Assembly: GCA_965221695.1 (NCBI GenBank)
Contig: OZ244905.1
Span: 1,696,001-1,760,000, forward strand
Source of the DNA: Gammaproteobacteria bacterium
GTDB taxonomy: Bacteria; Pseudomonadota; Gammaproteobacteria; Eutrophobiales; Eutrophobiaceae
Direction of reading: 5' to 3'
Length of the DNA: 64,000 nucleotides
A program made the position numbers and the translations under genes. This document shows, piece by piece, positions 39,047 to 49,182 of the stretch. Under the pieces are notes generated by a model, which saw only the letters and a list, made by a program, of their open reading frames with translations, was not told the DNA's origin and searched no databases. The number at the start of each line of letters is the position of its first letter. Positions within the stretch are counted from its first letter, which is position 1.

Positions 39047-40765
39047 ATGAAACAAATTTCCATCGTGTTTTGCAGCGTCCTGCTGCTATCCGGATGCGGC
39101 CAATCCGATATCTCTCCTCCACTGGTCGACGGACCCAATCCTTTTGCCGGTACTGACCTGGCCGGAGCGCCCAATATCCTGCTGATTGTTGCCGACGACC
39201 TGGGCTACAGTGATGTCGGCGCCTTCGGTGGCGAGGTCGACACGCCGAACATCAATGCGCTGGCCCGTTCCGGGATCGCTTTTACCAATTTTCATACCGC
39301 CTCAACCTGCGCGCCGACACGGGCCATGCTGTTGAGTGGCGTGGACAACCACCTTGCGGGGTACGGATCGATGCATTTCCTCGCCCCGAACCAACTGGGC
39401 AAACCGGGTTACGAGGACCGCATGAACGAACAGGTGGTCAGCGTCGCCAGGTTGCTGGGAGATGCCGGTTACCGAACCGGCATGGCGGGTAAATGGCATC
39501 TTGGCAACAAGCCGGGACAATGGCCGGTGGACCGCGGCTTTCAGCGCAGTTTTGCATTCGTCGGCGGCATGGACAGACATTTTGGGGGGCACGGTATTCC
39601 GCGGGTGCAATATGTGTCCGACGCCGGCAAGGCTGAAATACCCGATGATTTCTTTTCCACCGATTATTACACGGACCGCCTGATTGAGTTTATCGGCGGG
39701 TCAGATGAGGCCAGTCCGTTCTTCGCGTATGCCGCCTACAGCGCGCCGCACTGGCCGTTGCAGGCGCCTGACGAGTTTATCGAAAAATATGATGGTAACT
39801 ATGACCAGGGCTGGGACAGGTTACGCCGCACACGATTTGAACGCATGCAGGCAATGGGGCTCATCCCCGCGCAGGTGCGTTTCCCACCGCGTCTTGATGA
39901 GGCGCCGGCCTGGGATGATCTCTCCACAGAAGAACAGCGTATCGAAGCCAGGGAAATGGCCGTCTACGCAGCCATGATCGACAATATGGATGTGAACATC
40001 GGGCGCCTGGTTACGCATCTGAAATCCATCGGCAAATACGACAACACCTTGATTATCTTCATGTCGGACAACGGGGCCGATGCCTTCGACCCGTGGATCC
40101 TGCAAGGCCCGATGTTCAGATTGATGACCCTGGGCGCGGACAACAGTCTCGATAACCTGGGCCGGAAAGGCTCCTGGGTGGCATACGGCGCGGGCTGGGC
40201 ACAGGTCAGCGCAACGCCATATAAATTCTACAAATCGGTCGCGAGTGAGGGTGGGATTCGCGCGCCGATGATCATTTCCTACCCGCAGCATTTCAGCAGC
40301 GGCCTGCTAAGCAGCGCATTCACCTCCGTGATGGACATCACGCCCACATTACTGGAAGTTACAGGGATAGAACACCCTGGCAATCACTACCGGGGGCGGG
40401 ACGTTCACCCACCGGACGGCCTCTCGCTGCTACCGGTCCTGAATGGCGCGTCACCCTCCGTACATGACGATAATGAAGGTATCGGTTTTGAGTTGTACGG
40501 CCAGCGCGCCCTGATCGCCGGCGACTGGAAGATAGTAAGTTTGCGCCCGCCGCACGGCAACGCTGAATGGGAGTTGTTCAACATCAGGCAGGACCCGGCA
40601 GAGATGACGAACCTGGCATCCGTGGAACCGGAACGCCTGCAATCCATGATCGATATGTACGAATCCTACAGCCGTGAAAAAGGCATCATCGACCCGCCGC
40701 CGGATTTTGATCCGCTGGACGGCAGCCTGAGGACACTGTTTAAGATGATGCGGGCAATGCGCTGA
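39047..40765 (+). CDS. Arylsulfatase (AtsA-like), predicted lipoprotein
   Basis: LLSGC lipobox; PNILLIVADDLG, CAPTRAMLLSG, GKWHLG, APHWPLQA. Confidence 0.93.
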   Translation: MKQISIVFCSVLLLSGCGQSDISPPLVDGPNPFAGTDLAGAPNILLIVADDLGYSDVGAFGGEVDTPNINALARSGIAFTNFHTASTCAPTRAMLLSGVDNHLAGYGSMHFLAPNQLGKPGYEDRMNEQVVSVARLLGDAGYRTGMAGKWHLGNKPGQWPVDRGFQRSFAFVGGMDRHFGGHGIPRVQYVSDAGKAEIPDDFFSTDYYTDRLIEFIGGSDEASPFFAYAAYSAPHWPLQAPDEFIEKYDGNYDQGWDRLRRTRFERMQAMGLIPAQVRFPPRLDEAPAWDDLSTEEQRIEAREMAVYAAMIDNMDVNIGRLVTHLKSIGKYDNTLIIFMSDNGADAFDPWILQGPMFRLMTLGADNSLDNLGRKGSWVAYGAGWAQVSATPYKFYKSVASEGGIRAPMIISYPQHFSSGLLSSAFTSVMDITPTLLEVTGIEHPGNHYRGRDVHPPDGLSLLPVLNGASPSVHDDNEGIGFELYGQRALIAGDWKIVSLRPPHGNAEWELFNIRQDPAEMTNLASVEPERLQSMIDMYESYSREKGIIDPPPDFDPLDGSLRTLFKMMRAMR

Positions 40766-40793
40766 GTTCTTCCCTGGTACGTATTTTCCAGGT

Positions 40794-42212
40794 TCAGCGC
40801 AAAAACACTGCTCTTAATGCCTTAAAGAGCAGATCCCGATATTTCAGAATCAGGCGGTTCTTCGGAAGCCAAGTTGGTGAATGCAGGACGGTTTTGGCTT
40901 TTGAAAAGGTCAAAAATCCCTCATGGCCGTGATAATGCCCAATGCCGGAATTCCCGATGCCGCCAAAGGGGGCGTCATCTGCCATCACATGCATCGCGGT
41001 ATCATTGATGGATACGCCGCCACTATGCGTGTGTTTCAGGATGTGATCTATGACACGGCGATTATTGGACATGATGTACAGAGCCAATGGGCGCGGGCGG
41101 TCATTGATATAAGAAATTACCTGATCAAGATTCTTGTAAACCATTACCGGCAAGATCGAACCAAAGATTTCTTCCTGCAAAACCTTCATCTCCTCAGTCA
41201 CATTGGTAATCAGATGCGGATAGATTAAACGCCCATCACTTTCCTGGTAGTCTTTGACCGCATCAATCTTTGCGCCTTTATTTTCGGCATCTTCCAAAAA
41301 CCCTCTAAGGCGTTCAAACTGTCTGTCAGATACAATATGCGTTTGAGTGTTTTTGTTCCCTCCGGACAGGTGATACTCGGCATATCGCTGCTTAAACGTA
41401 TCCACAAATTCCTGTTCTCTGGTTTGCGGCACAAAAATATAATCCGGCGCAACACAAATTTGCCCTGAATTGGTGGACTTTCCGAGGATTACGGCATCCA
41501 CCGCGATGTTCATGTTGGCATCTTCGGCAATAATCGTTGGAGATTTACCACCCATTTCCAAAGTAACCGGAGTGAGATTATCCGCCGCAGCTTTTGCCAC
41601 AAGTTTACCGACAACAGTTGAGCCTGTGAAAATCAAATGATCAAAGGGGAGCGCAGAAAATGCGGCGCCGGTTTCCGCCTCACCTTCAACAATGATGACG
41701 TGGTCTGAAACATCGTCAACAATCTTGCGCATCACTTGGCCGGCATGGGGGGTGAACTCGCTTAATTTGATCATCACGCGATTTCCTGCTGCGAGCGCTT
41801 GGATAGTCGGGCTGAGCGCAAGAAAAAACGGGAAGTTCCAAGGTGTAATCACTCCCACCACACCCAAAGGCTGGTAATGCACGGTAACGCTTGAAGGTGT
41901 CAGCATCAATCCTGCATGGCGCCTGGAAGGTTTCATCCATTTTTTAAGATGTTTCAGCGCGTAATTCAGCGACATCACACTAGGCAACAGATCCGAAATC
42001 AGGGAATCAAATTCACTGCGATAGCCGTAATCCTGTATCAACGCAGCATACATGGCCTGCTCATTGGCAATCAGGGATTTTTTCAGACGCAACAGAACGT
42101 CTTTACGATCTTTATAACTGGGATATGGCGCGTTGTTAAACGCGGCCTTCATTGCCTCAAAGTCAGCCTGCAACTGTGCTTTGGTGGTAGTTTCTTCTGT
42201 ATATCTCTTCAC
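40794..42212 (-). CDS. Coniferyl-aldehyde/fatty aldehyde dehydrogenase (ALDH3-like)
   Basis: YQPLGVVGVITPWNFP, LTPVTLEMGGKSP, GQICVAPDY, GHYHGHEGF. Confidence 0.9.
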   Translation of the reverse strand: MKRYTEETTTKAQLQADFEAMKAAFNNAPYPSYKDRKDVLLRLKKSLIANEQAMYAALIQDYGYRSEFDSLISDLLPSVMSLNYALKHLKKWMKPSRRHAGLMLTPSSVTVHYQPLGVVGVITPWNFPFFLALSPTIQALAAGNRVMIKLSEFTPHAGQVMRKIVDDVSDHVIIVEGEAETGAAFSALPFDHLIFTGSTVVGKLVAKAAADNLTPVTLEMGGKSPTIIAEDANMNIAVDAVILGKSTNSGQICVAPDYIFVPQTREQEFVDTFKQRYAEYHLSGGNKNTQTHIVSDRQFERLRGFLEDAENKGAKIDAVKDYQESDGRLIYPHLITNVTEEMKVLQEEIFGSILPVMVYKNLDQVISYINDRPRPLALYIMSNNRRVIDHILKHTHSGGVSINDTAMHVMADDAPFGGIGNSGIGHYHGHEGFLTFSKAKTVLHSPTWLPKNRLILKYRDLLFKALRAVFLR

Positions 42213-42231
42213 GGGTTTGCTCGCTCATAAA

Positions 42232-43167
42232 CTAAAGACCCGGTTCCAGTCCGTGCAGGCTGCGGTGAAAGATATCCTTATGGGCGCCAAAATAGCCATG
42301 GGCCATTTTCTTATGGTGTTGTTTGATCTCATTATATAATGCCGGCAGCGCATGGAAAGGAACTGATGGAGATAAATGATGTTCCGCGTGATACGGCATA
42401 TTCCAAGCGAGCCAGCGAAACAGCGGATTGACCAATGTTGTCCGGGTATTCTCCAGTAAGTCAGTGTTATTTACCGGCCGCCCGACATGCTCGGACATGC
42501 GTATCATACGCATATAGGGTTCGGCCAGTAACCTCGGCAAAAGCCAGTAATACCATGGCGCGGTGGTATCGTAAATTACCATACAAGCTCCTATCGACGT
42601 ATATATCAACAACATGGCCCAGGCCTCAACAATGACTTTCCAGCGTTCCGTCTCAGGCAGAAATAATTTTTCTTCACGAGTAATAATGCCGCAGAGGTGA
42701 ATGACAAATGGCTTTAAAAACCCCCACCAATAGGGCAGGGTGGACAGGTAAAGAAAATAACCGAACAGGTTTTTGGGTTGCGCAATCAATTCCGGGTCGC
42801 GCAACCTGTTTTGTGTATAGGTATGGTGTGCCGTATGCTCCCAGCGAAAATAAATGTTCGGCAGCAGGATGAGCACACCAAAAATCCAGCCGAAGAAGTC
42901 ATTCAGCCAACGCGTTCTGAAGGCGGTGCGATGCGCAAATTCATGCTGCGGAGAAAACAGGTGCACGATACCCACTCCGTGCAGAAACAAGGCAGGCGCG
43001 AGGAATATCGAGCCAAGAGACAAGTAAATCAGGTAACCGGTGAGAGCAAGAATAACAACATGCCGTAACAGGTACATCCATGCATGCCTGTCTGTCCTGC
43101 GCATAAGCGCTCGCAGGCGTTTTCGGTCCACTATTTTCTTGACTTGGTGTACGTGTTCCAGGGACAT
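42232..43167 (-). CDS. Membrane di-iron desaturase/hydroxylase, MocD-like
   Basis: His boxes HEFAH, HTAHH, WNMPYHAEHH. Confidence 0.85.
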   Translation of the reverse strand: MSLEHVHQVKKIVDRKRLRALMRRTDRHAWMYLLRHVVILALTGYLIYLSLGSIFLAPALFLHGVGIVHLFSPQHEFAHRTAFRTRWLNDFFGWIFGVLILLPNIYFRWEHTAHHTYTQNRLRDPELIAQPKNLFGYFLYLSTLPYWWGFLKPFVIHLCGIITREEKLFLPETERWKVIVEAWAMLLIYTSIGACMVIYDTTAPWYYWLLPRLLAEPYMRMIRMSEHVGRPVNNTDLLENTRTTLVNPLFRWLAWNMPYHAEHHLSPSVPFHALPALYNEIKQHHKKMAHGYFGAHKDIFHRSLHGLEPGL

Positions 43168-43263
43168 TATCAGTTACATTACATTACCAAATGTTGCATA
43201 ATAATAAACTAATTTGTATATTATACAACATACCACTATCTATATAATCAGGCACACGATCAG

Positions 43264-43578
43264 ATGTCAGGACAATGGCACATTGTAGCCGGTTGTGATG
43301 AAATTGAGGATGGCGACGGCATTGCGGTAGTCATTGAAAATAAGGAAATTGCCGTATTTCGCTGCGGGCGGAATTATTATGCAACAGACAGTTGCTGCAC
43401 CCATGCCAGGGCGCCGCTGGTCGATGGTTATCTCGATGGGCAAATTATCGAATGCCCTCTACACCAGGGAAGATTTAACATCAGCAACGGTAAAGCGTTG
43501 TGTTCACCGGCAACGGTTGACCTGAAAACCTATGCGACCAGGACCGTAAACGGTGAGATACAGGTCAACATTCAATGA
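43264..43578 (+). CDS. Rieske ferredoxin (MocE-like)
   Basis: CTH...IECPLHQGRF. Confidence 0.92.
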   Translation: MSGQWHIVAGCDEIEDGDGIAVVIENKEIAVFRCGRNYYATDSCCTHARAPLVDGYLDGQIIECPLHQGRFNISNGKALCSPATVDLKTYATRTVNGEIQVNIQ

Positions 43579-43590
43579 AACAGCAGACAA

Positions 43591-44181
43591 TCAGTTCAGC
43601 GCCCCGATCACCGTTACCATTTTTACCGGAACTGCAATCAGTTCCACGGGACCATGGGGTGATGAAGGGTCGAAATAGAGCGAATCACCAGGATGCATGT
43701 GGTAAGTACGGTCACCTTCCTGGTATTTCAATTCTCCTTCAAGAATATACATGAACTCAATACCCTCATGAAATATCAGCGGAATTTCTTCGGACTTTTC
43801 CGTCAAGGTAATCAGGTAGGGTTCAAGTTTTATGTCGGAATGAAAGGTATGGCCCAGGAGTTGATATTGATGACCGATTCGATTGTCATGACGTTGCACG
43901 ATTAATCCCTGACCGGACTTGACGAAAGTCGATTCATGACTATGACGCACATTCTGAAACAGGTTTGCGAGTGAGATGCCGAGCGCATCACTCAGCGATT
44001 TAAGCGTAGACAGGGACGCGGAGGTATGCCCGTTTTCTATTCTCGACAGCATGGAAACAGAAATATTGGCTATTTCGGATAATTCATGTACAGAATAGTT
44101 TTTTTTCTTTCTGGCGCGGCGAATCGTTTCGCCAAGCATCTGCTCCAGGTGTCCGGCATCCTCTGAAGATCGTGTATTCAT
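43591..44181 (-). CDS. XRE-family regulator with cupin domain (PuuR-like)
   Basis: SVSMLSRIENG HTH; HEGIEFMYILEG...PGDSLYFD..PH; alternative start at 44139. Confidence 0.9.
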   Translation of the reverse strand: MNTRSSEDAGHLEQMLGETIRRARKKKNYSVHELSEIANISVSMLSRIENGHTSASLSTLKSLSDALGISLANLFQNVRHSHESTFVKSGQGLIVQRHDNRIGHQYQLLGHTFHSDIKLEPYLITLTEKSEEIPLIFHEGIEFMYILEGELKYQEGDRTYHMHPGDSLYFDPSSPHGPVELIAVPVKMVTVIGALN

Positions 44182-44184
44182 GTT

Positions 44185-45420
44185 ATGAGTTATTCCCTCT
44201 TAAGTCTTGTCCGAAATGCGATAGATTATCACCAAAACTGGCCAAAAGCCTGGCGCAGTCCCGATCCGAAACGTGAGTATGATGTCATTATCATCGGAGG
44301 TGGCGGTCACGGTCTTGGCGCAGCATATTACCTCGCCAAAGACCATGGTATCACCAATGTCGCAGTTCTGGAAAAAGGCTGGCTCGGAGGGGGTAACACG
44401 GCCAGAAATACGATGACGATACGGGATAATTATATCCGTGCTCCCAGCGTGCCCTTCCACCGCGAGGCCATGAAGCTGTGGCGCGGGTTAACCCGGGAAT
44501 TGAACTATAACATTATGCTGCATGAGCGGGGGATGATCACGTTTTTGCAAAGCGGCAGCGGGGTCAGCCACGCGCGGCGCATGGCCAATACCATGAGCGT
44601 ATTCAATTCGGAATATATCATGCTGTCACTGGATGAATTGAAGCGGCGTGTGCCTTTTTTCAATGACACGGCAAGGATGCCAATAATCGGCGGCGTCTAC
44701 CACAGGAAGATTGCCATGGCGCGCCACGATGCCGTAGCCTGGGGATACGCCCGCGCCGCCGATAACCGGGGTGTCGATATTATCCAGAACTGTGAAGTCA
44801 CCGGCATACTGCGGGAAGGCAACCGGGTTGCCGGTGTTGACACCAGCCGGGGTGTGATCAGGGCGAAAAAAGTCGGTATGGCAGTTGCCGGGCACGGCAG
44901 TGAGGTGGCGGCAATGGCAGGAATACGGCTGCCGTTGGAAACCTGGCCGTTGCAGGCGCTGGTCTCAACACCTGTGAAGCCGGTTTTGAATGAAATTTTT
45001 GTCGTCGACGGTTTTCACAATTACTTTATGCAATCGGACAAGGGTGAACTGGTGGTCGGCGGTGTCACCGATCCCTACCCTTCCTATGCGCAACGCGGGT
45101 CGCCCCAAATTATGGAGCAAGTGATTGAGGGCCTGGTGGATGTCTTTCCCGTATTCAAACGGATGAAATTCATGCGCCAATGGGCTGGCATGCTGGATAT
45201 CGTCTACGACAACAGCCCAATCATTTCCGGGACCGACCTGAAAGGCTTTTATATCGATGTGGCCGGCTCCGGCGGGTTCAAGACGACACCGATTGCTGCA
45301 AAGATGCATGCCGACCTCATAGCCAATGAACGGCCTCATCCCTTGATTGAGGAATTCAGCCTGAAACGGTTCCAGACCGGCAGGCTGATCGTAGAGGGAG
45401 GCGTTGATGCCAACCGTTGA
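44185..45420 (+). CDS. soxB: Heterotetrameric sarcosine-oxidase-family beta subunit (divergent)
   Basis: GGGGHGLGAAYYLAK, ARHDAVAWGYARAA; substrate uncertain. Confidence 0.85.
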   Translation: MSYSLLSLVRNAIDYHQNWPKAWRSPDPKREYDVIIIGGGGHGLGAAYYLAKDHGITNVAVLEKGWLGGGNTARNTMTIRDNYIRAPSVPFHREAMKLWRGLTRELNYNIMLHERGMITFLQSGSGVSHARRMANTMSVFNSEYIMLSLDELKRRVPFFNDTARMPIIGGVYHRKIAMARHDAVAWGYARAADNRGVDIIQNCEVTGILREGNRVAGVDTSRGVIRAKKVGMAVAGHGSEVAAMAGIRLPLETWPLQALVSTPVKPVLNEIFVVDGFHNYFMQSDKGELVVGGVTDPYPSYAQRGSPQIMEQVIEGLVDVFPVFKRMKFMRQWAGMLDIVYDNSPIISGTDLKGFYIDVAGSGGFKTTPIAAKMHADLIANERPHPLIEEFSLKRFQTGRLIVEGGVDANR

Positions 45421-45438
45421 CCCGGGAGAGAAGAGAAC

Positions 45439-45705
45439 ATGTTGTTAATCCCCTGTCCCTGGTGCGGGGCGCGCAACGAGGACGAATTCCTGAACGGCGG
45501 CGAAGCGGAAAAGCGCCGGCCAACCGACCCGGCGCAGGTTGGCAGTGAGGAGTGGTATGAATATCTCTACACGCCGGCAAATACGAAAGGCTGGCTGCGT
45601 GAACGCTGGTTGCATCTGCGGGGATGCCGGCGCTGGTTCAAGATAGACCGCAACACCCACACCCATGAAATAAAACAGGTCGAGGAAGGGGAGCAATGGC
45701 GCTGA
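45439..45705 (+). CDS. soxD: Sarcosine-oxidase-family delta subunit
   Basis: IPCPWCGAR...WLHLRGCRRW zinc motif. Confidence 0.9.
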   Translation: MLLIPCPWCGARNEDEFLNGGEAEKRRPTDPAQVGSEEWYEYLYTPANTKGWLRERWLHLRGCRRWFKIDRNTHTHEIKQVEEGEQWR

Positions 45706-48671
45706 GCGGAAACCGGTACCGGCTAACTGAGATCGGACGCATTGACCGGGATAAACCTGTCACATTCAAGTTCAACGGCAAAACCCTGTGCGGTTATGCG
45801 GGTGATACGCTTGCATCGGCGCTGTTGGCCAACGGTGTAAGACTTGTCGGTCGCAGTCTGAAATACCACCGCCCGCGCGGCATTATGAGCGCCGGCATCG
45901 AAGAGACCAATGCTATTGTTCAACTCGCCGGCAGGGAAGATGAGCCGGGAGTCATGGCGACGGTCACGCCTTTATCTGAGGGACTGGAGGCGGTAAGCGT
46001 CAAAGGCTGGCCGGGGGTAAAATGGGACCTCGGCAGGCTTAACGACTGGTTACACCGCCTGATTCCCGCAGGGTTTTATTACAAGACCTTCATGTGGCCC
46101 GACAACTGGTGGAACGTGTACGGTTACTTCATCCGCCGTATGGCCGGTCTGGGAACGGCGCCCGCAACTTATAAGCCGGAGGAACGCTACGAAAAACGCT
46201 ACCACCACTGCGATGTGCTGGTGATCGGCGCCGGGCCGGCAGGGCTTGCGGCGGCATTGGCAGCCGGCAACAGCGGCGCTCGGGTTATGCTGGTGGACGA
46301 GCAGGTGGAAGCGGGAGGAACATTGCTGAGCGCTGCAACGCAAATCGATGGAAAACCTGCCCTGGACTGGGTAGCCGCAACGGTAGACAGTCTGCGGCAG
46401 TTGCCGCAAGTCCTGCATTTACAGCGCACGACGGCCATAGGGTACTATGATCACAACATGGTTTATGCGCTTGAGCATGAACCAGCAGACTCGTGGATAC
46501 GCGAAAGGCTCTGGCGAATAAGAGCAAAGCGGGTCATTATTGCCGCCGGCGCCATCGAGCGTCCTTTGGTCTTCCCGGACAACGACCGGCCGGGAGTTAT
46601 ACTGGCAAGCGCTGCCGCAACCTATGTCTTACGGTACGGCGTGCGGCCGGGGACACGGGCTGTTGTTATTACCAACAACAACAGCGCTTATGAGTCGGCC
46701 TTTATTCTTGCCCGTCATCAGATCGATATCGCCGCCTTGCTCGATACGCGCCGGCAGATCAGCAATGAATTGCGCCGGCAGGCTGAACAACTCGGTATCC
46801 CGGTGTTAACCCATTACGGGATTAATGCAGTCAAAGGAAAAAGATCCGTGTCAGGCGTGACGGTTGCTCCGTTGGACGACCTGTCCCGGGAGCAATATTA
46901 TCGCTGTGACCTGGTCTGTGTCTCGGGTGGTTGGAACCCGACATTACACCTGCAATCGCAATCCGGCGCAACACCGGTCTATTCAGAGAGTATAGCCGGA
47001 TTTGTTCCAGGCAAGTCCGTGCAGGCCGAGACAACGGTGGGTGCGGCCAACGGGAATTTTGGTCTGCATGAATGTTTGACGGACGGGGTCGAGGCAGGAG
47101 TACAGGCCGCGCGCCTAACCGGACATGTGCCGGCCGCAGCGAAACCGCCCGTTGCCGGACCTGAGATTGAATTCTTGATTGATCCCTTGTGGGAAATATC
47201 AGCCGGTGGCAGCAACGGGCGCGCCTTCCTGGATTATCAAAATGACGTCACCAGCGACGACATACGGCTTGCGTTGCGTGAAAACTACGCCTCGGTAGAG
47301 CTGGTGAAACGCTATACCACGACAGGCATGGGCATTGACCAGGGCAAAACAAGCAATGTCAATACGATTGGCCTGATTGCCGAACTGACCGGAGGCAAGC
47401 CCGGCGACATCGGCACGACGACTTATCGGCCGCTATACAGCCTGGCCAGTTTTGCCGCGTGGGCCGGGATAAACCAGGGAGACATCATCCTCCCGGCACG
47501 GCGCACCCCGATTACGCAGTGGTTTGAGACACACCAGGCAAATTTCGACGAGGCCGGCGCGCACTGGCGCAGGCCGTTTCAGATTCCCCACAACGGCGAG
47601 ACACCGGCAGAAGCGGTTAACCGGGAAGCATTGGCGGTACGCAACGGTGTCGGAATTTATGATGGCACACCGCTGGGTAAAATTGAAATCAACGGTCCTG
47701 ATGCGCAGATGTTCCTGAACAAAATCTACACCAATAGCTGGGATAATCTGCCCATCGGCATGGGCAAATTCGGGTACATGCTGTTCGAGGACGGCAGGAT
47801 GTTTGATGATGGCGTAACGTTTCGCCTCGGCGAAAACCACTATCTGATGACAACCGGCTCTGCCGTTGCCGCCGCTGTCCATACCCGTCTGGAGCAGTTG
47901 TTGCAGTGTGAATGGCGCGACCTTCGGGTCTACCTGACCGAAGTGACGGAACAATGGGCGAACATCTGTGTCTGCGGGCCCTGGGCCAGAGAGGTCTTAG
48001 CCGAAACCGGGACAGATATCGATTTGGACAGAGAGGCATTCCCCTTCATGGCTATCCGTACCGGCAAAGTGGCTGGGTTTGACGCGCGCGTCGCAAGGGT
48101 CAGTTATACCGGTGAACTCAGTTTCGAGGTCAATGTCAGGGCAGGAAATGGACTGGCCATGTGGGAGGCATTAATGGAACGCGGCAAGAAATACGATATT
48201 ACCCCGGTTGGATCGGAAACAAGCCTGCTGCTCCGGCTGGAAAAAGGTTTCATCTCAGCCTGGGCGGAAGGTGATGGTTATGCAAACCTTTATGATGCCG
48301 GCATGGGATGGGTCATCGATGAGACGAAACCGGACTTTATCGGCAAACGCGCGCTGGAGCAAGCCCGGCTATCGGGCGGAGACCGACCCCATATCGTCGG
48401 TCTGATTCCCGAAGATCGCAACTTCATCCCACCGGACGGCGCGCCATTGATCGAACCGGCTGAAACCAATGAGGCAAAAAAAATGATCGGCCATGTTACC
48501 GCCGGCGGCTACAGTCCCAATCTCGGTCATGCCATCGCCCTGGCGCAGTTGCGGAACGGCAGGGAGCGGAGAGACGCTACGGTCACTATTTCAACGGTAG
48601 ACAGAGCCGTGGCCGCGAGGGTCACCGATCCGGTGTTTATCGATCCTGCCGGTGAACGGATGCGGGGTTGA
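45696..48671 (+). CDS. soxA: Sarcosine-oxidase-family alpha subunit
   Basis: GDTLASALLANG, KYHRPRG, KRYTTTGMGIDQGK, C-terminal GcvT-like folate domain. Confidence 0.92.
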   Translation: MALSGNRYRLTEIGRIDRDKPVTFKFNGKTLCGYAGDTLASALLANGVRLVGRSLKYHRPRGIMSAGIEETNAIVQLAGREDEPGVMATVTPLSEGLEAVSVKGWPGVKWDLGRLNDWLHRLIPAGFYYKTFMWPDNWWNVYGYFIRRMAGLGTAPATYKPEERYEKRYHHCDVLVIGAGPAGLAAALAAGNSGARVMLVDEQVEAGGTLLSAATQIDGKPALDWVAATVDSLRQLPQVLHLQRTTAIGYYDHNMVYALEHEPADSWIRERLWRIRAKRVIIAAGAIERPLVFPDNDRPGVILASAAATYVLRYGVRPGTRAVVITNNNSAYESAFILARHQIDIAALLDTRRQISNELRRQAEQLGIPVLTHYGINAVKGKRSVSGVTVAPLDDLSREQYYRCDLVCVSGGWNPTLHLQSQSGATPVYSESIAGFVPGKSVQAETTVGAANGNFGLHECLTDGVEAGVQAARLTGHVPAAAKPPVAGPEIEFLIDPLWEISAGGSNGRAFLDYQNDVTSDDIRLALRENYASVELVKRYTTTGMGIDQGKTSNVNTIGLIAELTGGKPGDIGTTTYRPLYSLASFAAWAGINQGDIILPARRTPITQWFETHQANFDEAGAHWRRPFQIPHNGETPAEAVNREALAVRNGVGIYDGTPLGKIEINGPDAQMFLNKIYTNSWDNLPIGMGKFGYMLFEDGRMFDDGVTFRLGENHYLMTTGSAVAAAVHTRLEQLLQCEWRDLRVYLTEVTEQWANICVCGPWAREVLAETGTDIDLDREAFPFMAIRTGKVAGFDARVARVSYTGELSFEVNVRAGNGLAMWEALMERGKKYDITPVGSETSLLLRLEKGFISAWAEGDGYANLYDAGMGWVIDETKPDFIGKRALEQARLSGGDRPHIVGLIPEDRNFIPPDGAPLIEPAETNEAKKMIGHVTAGGYSPNLGHAIALAQLRNGRERRDATVTISTVDRAVAARVTDPVFIDPAGERMRG

Positions 48672-48675
48672 ACAA

Positions 48676-49182
48676 ATGCCTTATGACGTGAATATAAAGC
48701 AAAGTTCGCCATCTGGTCTGTTGAACCTGCGCGGAAACGAAACCATTTGCACGCTATTCAACACTGTGCTTGGTCTTGAATTACCGCAAACACCGAATAC
48801 CACGGCCGCTATCGATGACGTTATCGCAATGTGGCTGGGTCCCGACGAATGGCTGGTCAAAACGGGCGACGGCAAGGAAGCGGCGTTGTCTGCAGCGCTA
48901 CTGCAAGCGGTCGAGGGAAAACATGCGGCGGTTACGGTAATTTCCGACGCTTACATGATTTTCACAATTTCGGGAAAAGACGCAAGAGCCGTGCTGAACC
49001 AGGGCACAGGTATCGATTTGCACCCGCGTTCATTCAGCCCTGGCGCGTGTGCGCGCACCAACCTCGGCAAAACGGGGATCATTCTTTACCAGGTCGATGA
49101 TACGCCTGCTTATGATGTGTATGTCTGGCGCAGTTATGCGCAGTATTTGGGCTTGTGGATGAATAAAGCTACGGGGTCATGA
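48676..49182 (+). CDS. soxG: Sarcosine-oxidase-family gamma subunit
   Basis: LNLRG, WLGPDEWL, DLHPRSF, RSYAQYL. Confidence 0.88.
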   Translation: MPYDVNIKQSSPSGLLNLRGNETICTLFNTVLGLELPQTPNTTAAIDDVIAMWLGPDEWLVKTGDGKEAALSAALLQAVEGKHAAVTVISDAYMIFTISGKDARAVLNQGTGIDLHPRSFSPGACARTNLGKTGIILYQVDDTPAYDVYVWRSYAQYLGLWMNKATGS

